Shown: piece by piece, positions 26,681 through 32,000 of the stretch | How the letters are laid out: every line of letters begins with the position of its first letter | Position numbering within the stretch: the stretch's first letter is position 1 | NCBI RefSeq assembly: GCF_000014265.1 | Contig: NC_008312.1 | Span: forward strand, 1,530,001 to 1,562,000 | Origin: Trichodesmium erythraeum IMS101 | GTDB taxonomy: Bacteria > Cyanobacteriota > Cyanobacteriia > Cyanobacteriales > Microcoleaceae | Length of the DNA: 32,000 bases | Direction: 5' to 3' | The notes under the pieces: model-generated | Seen by the model: the letters and a program-made list of their open reading frames with translations, nothing else | Database searches by the model: none | What the model was told of the DNA's origin: nothing | Made by a program: the position numbers and the translations under genes

Positions 26681-27474
26681 TCCGAATTCAAAAAATATCC
26701 TTATGACTCGTTTCCAAGTAACCTGAACAGTCGTTTTGATAGAAGCTTGATTTGATAATTTATTTTAGATTAAATTTGTACAATTTATTTTTTTAAAGGT
26801 GTGATTAGCTAGTTGAAAACTATATTTAGAGATTTTTTTAAAGGAAAACTTTATTGATAATGGTATGTTCCTAATCTCACAACCTTGGTAAATTTTGGAT
26901 TTAATAATGTTTTTTTATTCGACATTTTTATTCAATTAAAATATTTGGCAATATTTTTTGCTGACCATAGTTTACTTTTTTTGTCTTTATGCAAATATAC
27001 CTGATACTTTTTATATTTATTCAGCCAATATGAAAGGAAAAAGCGTATTAAATTATCCATATCTTACTACCCACATTTCTACTTCATAATGTATCACAAA
27101 AGGTTATATAAAACCCATCTATTTAATCAAGTAAAATTACTTTTGCTGTTTAATGACTTCAAGTGATATCATAAAGCTGATAATCTCATAATTTTTAATA
27201 TTAAAAAAATGTCTTTAATGGAATAAATAAAATTAAAAAATATCCGCCAATTAGGAATACTTAAATAACTAATTTATGAGATAAAAATAGTATAAATTAT
27301 CAACCAAATATTCAGATTTTATAGTCAAAAAAATAAATCGTGACAAGTAAAAAAGCCTTAATTATTAAGAAAATAGAAATGGTATAATATCCTCTATATT
27401 TATTTAGTAATTCTTATATTTATTTAGTAATTTATTTGAATACAACGATGTATAAAAATTATTATGGGCAGATA

Positions 27475-28111
27475 TCAAAAGTTAATATTTAAACGATGAT
27501 AAAATCGGTAGAGTAATCGATTATATTTATCAATCTCCCCAGTTGCCTCATTTACCCCCAAATGGAGCTTACGCCATGTCCGACCTAAGCCCACACCATG
27601 AATTCTTGTTTTCCATTCTCCCTTGCCATACACTTTTACTCCCGTAGAGTCTACTACCAGGTGTATGGCTTCTGTTGTTAGTAATATCCGTATCTTGATG
27701 TTCAGTTTACTCAAGCGACGACACAAAGTACTATGCTCTGGGACTGGTAAGTCTATTCCCATCAATTCAAATATAGATTCCAAGAAACCCTCAGTTTGTC
27801 CTCCTGCCAAACTAAACAAAGTAGCAAGGGTGGCCATTAGCTTGGCGGGGGACATTGCTATAGGTGTTGGATGCTCCCCTAAGTCCAGTTTTATTCTGAT
27901 TGAGCCACTGTTCTATCACTTCCTGACTCAACCAAAATGTGAGACTGCCCCTGGGCTTTAAGGAGGCATCATCCATAAGACCAATTACTTACCCGGGGTA
28001 TGAGATTTGGACTTAGACTTGGAGTTAGATTGAGACTTACTCATTGGTACAGTTTTTTGTGCCATACTCTACTATTTTTACCCTAAACATCATCTTTTGT
28101 GCAACAAAGCC
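27475..28111 (-). mobile_element. 3'-truncated, frameshifted IS5-family (IS903-like) element
   Basis: The end repeat GGCTTTGTTGCACAAAAG is the reverse complement of 28094-28111. From ATG 28044 the frame reads MSKSQSNSKSKSKSHTPGK*. Shifted frames then give ..FWLSQEVIEQWLNQNKTGLRGASNTYSN.., followed by the track ORF 27475-27855: ...EGFLESIFELMGIDLPVPEHSTLCRRLSKLNIKI...IHLVVDSTGVKVYGKGEWKTRIHGVGLGRTWRKLHLGVNEATGEI. Homology stops before the later catalytic residues and there is no second end repeat. Confidence 0.7.
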
Positions 28112-28172
28112 GTGACCAACTGAAAATAAATGATTCTCCGGACTATGAAACTAAGCCTAGTTATACCAATTT

Positions 28173-28764
28173 CCTAAAGTCCGACTACACATAATGCTTC
28201 AAGAATAAAATCATATCCTGTACAAGAAGCAATATCTTTTTGACTAAATCCAGTTAATATATTTCTCAGGATTCTGCGTCAGAAATCTAAGGAATCGAAA
28301 ACTCGATTTTTCAAGAATTTTTTCACCTCTTTCCACAGTCTTTCAATGGGATTAACTTCGGGACAATAAGGAGGTTGAAATAATAAAATGATGTGATCAG
28401 GGATAGATAAATCATTCCCTAGATGCCCTCGCCCGTTATCTAGTTGAATAATATGAATCTCTTCAGGATATGTTTGAGAAAAAAGCTCTAAAAATCTTTC
28501 AAAGCAAGGAGTATCTAGATGACTAAATTCATAAAAAAAGGAATCTCCTGTTTTTGGTTCTACTAAACCATAAAGCCATAGATATTTAAATAGCCATTGA
28601 TATAAACCAATGGGCTTAACACCGCAAGCAGTAATGACTTTACCTGTTATAGTTTTTAATCCAATTCTAGTCTCGTCTTGACACCAATAGCGAATTGGCA
28701 GTTGATTTTCCGAATATTTATTAATTAACTTAATTTTCTCTTCTAGTTGAGATGAGAGTTTTTT
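28173..28764 (-). pseudogene. IS630 transposase DDE part (orfB), in the -1 frame relative to orfA, with a premature TGA
   Basis: The frame reads KKLSSQLEEKIKLINKYSENQLPIRYWCQDETRIGLKT...IHIIQLDNGRGH...LLFQPPYCPEVNPIERLWKEVKKFLKNRVFDSLDF*RRILRNILTGFSQKDIASCTGYDFILEALCVVGL*. The DDE residues lie in QDE, LDN and NPIE. An in-frame TGA at 28279-28281 cuts off the last ~35 codons. Confidence 0.7.
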
Positions 28765-29246
28765 TTAAAGTTTTCTTGAGCTTCTTTATTTTGTTTTATG
28801 TGATTTGGACGTGGAACTTTTAATTTACTTTTTAATTTATATCTGACTAATTGATGAACTGTTCGATAAGACAGCTCGATGTCAAAACAAGTCGTTAACC
28901 ACTGTTGAATTTCACCATAGCTTTGGAAACCTTCCGGGTTTTGCAATTCTGCTTCTAATTTCTCGATTACATTTGGTGGAATTGAACTTGGCCTCCCTCC
29001 TAGATTTTTCTTTGGTTCTAGTAAAAGATTCAGTCCACCTGTACGATATTTCCCTAACCATTTTTGTACTGTGACTCGATTGCGTCCTAACATTATCGCA
29101 ATTTCTTTTACTGTTTCTACTGTTTGAGTTTTCAACCAGTAAATAGTTTGAAGTCTTTCCTTTTCTTGAGCTGTACTCGCACTTTTTAAAAGTTTTTTGA
29201 GAGTTTCTACCGATTCATTTATCTCAATTTTTACTACTCCTGACAT
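28743..29246 (-). CDS. IS630 transposase, N-terminal HTH part (orfA)
   Basis: The 167-aa ORF reads ...TVETVKEIAIMLGRNRVTVQKWLGKYRTGGLNLLLEPKK.LGGRPSSIP...SYRTVHQLVRYKLKSKLKVPRP, the typical IS630 double-HTH region. It ends just after an A8 run (28759-28766). Confidence 0.8.
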   Translation of the reverse strand: MSGVVKIEINESVETLKKLLKSASTAQEKERLQTIYWLKTQTVETVKEIAIMLGRNRVTVQKWLGKYRTGGLNLLLEPKKNLGGRPSSIPPNVIEKLEAELQNPEGFQSYGEIQQWLTTCFDIELSYRTVHQLVRYKLKSKLKVPRPNHIKQNKEAQENFKKNSHLN

Positions 29247-29306
29247 GGGGACATTTTCTATAATAGGTTACTTCTAAAAGTGTAGCTTAAGTTTATGAAA
29301 TTAGTA

Positions 29307-29556
29307 TAATTAGAACTTACTTGGGCATTAGATAAAAATACAGTTGCTATTTGTGCCAAGTTAATATTTCTCTAAATACAGCCTAGATAAATAAAGGGAG
29401 AAATTTAATTCTGGCTCCATGGCAAGAAAAGTGTTAATTTAGAAGTTTTTTCTAGTCAACTAATCTCCTAAATATTCAGATTTGATGGACATTATGGTTT
29501 AAGTTCTATGAAACCTTTTCCTGTTCTATAAGTCAAGTTTTTTCTCCTGCACTTAG
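29307..29556 (-). mobile_element. 5' fragment of a second copy of the IS4-like element, truncated by the IS630 insertion
   Basis: The reverse complement of 29307-29556 aligns with 5864-6107. Examples are cttgccat.gagccagaattaaattt, ctaggctgtatttaga.aaatat.aacttggcacaaatagcaactgtatttttatctaatgc.caagtaagtt.taatta and the end repeat CCTGCACTTAG at 29546-29556. Homology stops exactly at the IS630 border. Confidence 0.75.
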
Positions 29557-29558
29557 GT

Positions 29559-29816
29559 GCTACAGACCCATTATTTATAAACATAAGTCGTTCTAATTGG
29601 GGAAAAAGACTAGCTAATGACACCGTTTACAATATAGTCAAACATACAAATGCTAAACTAGGAATAGACAAACCAATGTCACCAAATAAAATCAGACATT
29701 CTGATATCACCTAGTGCTTATTTTAGTCTGATAGGGATATCAGAAAAGCACAAAAATTTTCCTGTCATAAAAACTTGGAAACAGTTTAAGTCTATGGCGA
29801 TAACAGGAAAATTATC
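29559..29816 (+). pseudogene. C-terminal fragment of a tyrosine recombinase/phage-type integrase, with three in-frame stops
   Basis: The frame from 29565 reads DPLFINISRSNWGKRLANDTVYNIVKHTNAKLGIDKPMSPNKIRHSDIT*CLF*SDRDIRKAQKFSCHKNLETV*VYGDNRK. It fits the integrase C-terminal pattern (..R.S.IT.....GDIRKVQK.S.HKNL.T...Y.DNR) that includes the catalytic Tyr region. The N-terminal part is missing and is replaced by the IS4-like end. Confidence 0.6.
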
Positions 29817-29924
29817 ATAAACATAGGACCGACTTAATAGCACAAGACTTTTACTTTAAATTATTGTGATCATTAAGAATTTCGGATTTCATTATTCCTC
29901 ATTGTGCAGAACCAAAAAGTTAAT

Positions 29925-30536
29925 TTAACCAGGGTGAGATTTAAACTTCAACATATCCAAGCGAGATAAAGCACCATTAGCAACTTCCCTTACATAGGTA
30001 TCAGCAGATTCATCATTTCCCAATTTGGTTAATATTTCTATTGAGCGATCATCATCAATAGAGCTAACAGCATTAATAATTGCTACTGCTAAGCCTACAT
30101 TATCAGTCTGATCAAGAACTTCTAGTAAGGTATCTAAAGCAGGCACACCAATAACCCCTAAAGCCATTGCCGAAGTAATCTGAACAACCGGATGAGAGTC
30201 ATTGAGTCCTTCCTTTAAACCCTTAATACCTTCGGAAGGAAAGGGAATATCCTTATAGTTATAAGCTATCTGAGCTAGAGCTTTAGCACAACTGCTTCTA
30301 ATAGTTGAATTATCACTCTTGAGCAATGAATCTACTAGAAGTGGTATAGTATCTATCCCAATAGCTCCTAGTGTCTTAACTGCTGCTCGCCGATAGACTG
30401 TATTTTCTTCTGCCAAAATTCTCATTAAGCGAGGAATAGTCGTTTCATCCCTAGTTTCAGTTATTTCCCGCATTGCTTGATCGCGCAAGCCAGGATCAGG
30501 ATATTTGAGTTGTTCAAATAATGACGGTTCTGTCAT
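29925..30536 (-). CDS. cpeZ: HEAT-repeat lyase subunit/chaperone-like protein CpeZ
   Basis: 203 aa. SLFEQLKYPDPGLRDQAMREITETRDETTIPRLMRILAEENTVYRRAAVKTLGAIGIDTIPLLVDSLL..DN.TIRSSCAKALAQIA matches CpeZ as I recall it. It lies downstream of cpeBA on the same strand. Confidence 0.8.
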   Translation of the reverse strand: MTEPSLFEQLKYPDPGLRDQAMREITETRDETTIPRLMRILAEENTVYRRAAVKTLGAIGIDTIPLLVDSLLKSDNSTIRSSCAKALAQIAYNYKDIPFPSEGIKGLKEGLNDSHPVVQITSAMALGVIGVPALDTLLEVLDQTDNVGLAVAIINAVSSIDDDRSIEILTKLGNDESADTYVREVANGALSRLDMLKFKSHPG

Positions 30537-30538
30537 TT

Positions 30539-30566
30539 CAGTTATCAGTTATCAGTTATTAGTTAT
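30539..30566. repeat. Heptanucleotide tandem repeat (CAGTTAT, 4 units), STRR-like
   Basis: cagttatcagttatcagttattagttat abuts the cpeZ start codon (ATG at 30536-30534 on the minus strand, 2 nt away). Confidence 0.85.
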
Positions 30567-31078
30567 CAACTATACCACCTCTGAATCATCAGTGCTCAAA
30601 AAACTTTTTCTTGTAAGTGCCTTTTCTTTCTTTGTTCCTTCTATTTTATGATTTCTGGCTTACTTTTTCCGAAGTGTAAGTATTTAACGGGACATGATAT
30701 TAGTATCCTAAAGAGGATCTTTGTTTTTCATGTTTAGTAGTGAAACAATCACTCTGGCTCAACCCGGAGGCTTGGAATCCGGTTTTTTTCCTATTGTTCA
30801 AAAACTTTTCAACTTGGCACAGTGAGTATCAGATTTAGGAGGGAGGTCTACAGGAGAAAATTTAAAAAGCTTATTTTCAGATAATGCTTTAAGTTTTATT
30901 TCCTCATTGACTCTGAGCTTTCTCAAATTACTTAAGGAACATTCAATTATGACGAGCTTATCCTCATAATACTAGCTAAGAAAGCAGGTGGGTATTTTTA
31001 AAACTATTCCTATTTTCACAAAAGTTGGCCAAAAATGCCTGAGCTTGTATTACAATTTTCCAGTAAAAAAACAAAGGA

Positions 31079-31128
31079 ACTCTTAGTTAGTTACTTATCT
31101 ACTATTAGGTAAATAACTAACTAAGAGT
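31079..31128. other. Long inverted repeat (15-bp stem, 20-nt loop) in the cpeA-cpeZ spacer
   Basis: actcttagttagtta (31079-31093) pairs with taactaactaagagt (31114-31128). Confidence 0.7.
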
Positions 31129-31157
31129 CCCAAACTTCTAAAATTAAAGTAGTTTTA

Positions 31158-31180
31158 AAGCCAAAGTGTGGCTTTGGCTT
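31158..31180 (-). terminator. Stem-loop 14 nt downstream of the cpeA stop (attenuator or mRNA-stabilising hairpin)
   Basis: aagccaaag-tgtgg-ctttggctt has a 9-bp perfect stem. On the minus-strand transcript it is followed by TTTAAAAC rather than a clean U-run. Confidence 0.45.
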
Positions 31181-31194
31181 AAATTCCTAGTTTC

Positions 31195-31704
<510 letters not shown>

Positions 31705-31760
31705 CTATATAAAAATAGATTGGATCAAAAGGTTAGCTCTTAGATTTCAATTAGGTGATT

Positions 31761-32000
<240 letters not shown>

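Larger units (their letters stand above)
28164..29306 (-). mobile_element. IS630-family insertion sequence (about 1.14 kb) with imperfect inverted repeats and a putative TA target duplication
   Basis: The ends are TACCAATTTCCTAAAGTCCGACTACAC (28164-) and, as reverse complement of -29306, TACTAATTTCATAAACTTAAGCTACAC. TA dinucleotides flank them at 28162-28163 and 29307-29308. There are two overlapping transposase frames. Confidence 0.75.

Noticed and set aside
27623-27961. The 112-aa + strand ORF.
   Set aside because: It is antisense to the recognisable IS5-family transposase fragments. It is a shadow ORF.
25350-30536. A simple single-inversion model to explain cpeY lying opposite to cpeZ.
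   Set aside because: Inverting cpeY alone, or cpeY and cpeZ together, from the canonical cpeB-A-Y-Z order does not reproduce the observed order (cpeB-A-Z, debris, inverted cpeY). More than one event, or a different ancestral order, is required.
30880-31010. Open minus-strand frame DKLVIIECSLSNLRKLRVNEEIKLKALSENKLFKFSPVDLPPKSDTHCAKLKSF in the cpeA-cpeZ spacer. I checked it as a possible cpeY remnant or an LRR-like relic.
   Set aside because: It has no similarity to the CpeY at 25350-26627, no start codon, and only a faint leucine periodicity. It is unsupported.

Overview
Cyanobacterial chromosomal window. It carries many HIP1 GCGATCGC octamers and phycobilisome genes, is visibly very AT-rich, and has unusually long spacers full of repeats and IS debris. 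This resembles Trichodesmium-type marine filamentous cyanobacteria, but I cannot verify the taxon.

Layout:
(i) 1-6.9 kb: a decayed ORF relic, an orphan sensor histidine kinase, a tandem MITE pair, a transposase fragment, an FGGY sugar kinase and an internally deleted IS4-like element.
(ii) 6.9-13.8 kb, + strand: a membrane TPR protein, a secreted FecR-like/TPR protein and a 1215-aa protein with 13 TPR units and a CHAT (caspase-like) domain. Between the first two genes lies a nested duplication bracketed by inverted heptamer arrays.
(iii) 13.9-32 kb: a phycoerythrin (PE) region with two different PE alpha/beta pairs.
- Module A (13.9-23.8 kb): divergent PE beta/alpha followed by an ankyrin gene, a CpeZ-like gene, CpeT, two CpeF/MpeU-like HEAT lyases, a PE rod linker, a second ankyrin gene, and a CpcD-domain protein with about 15 tandem 13-aa repeats and a polybasic tail.
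- Module B (25.3-32 kb): cpeY, an IS5/IS630/IS4/integrase graveyard, cpeZ, canonical cpeA, and the 3' part of cpeB, which runs off the window.

Most noteworthy:
- the CpcD-repeat protein
- the ankyrin genes that look operonic with PE genes
- the duplicated PE module
- the nested gene-end duplication at 8.1-9.0 kb
- the TPR-CHAT cluster

All family assignments come from reading the translations and from motifs recalled from memory. No database search was possible.
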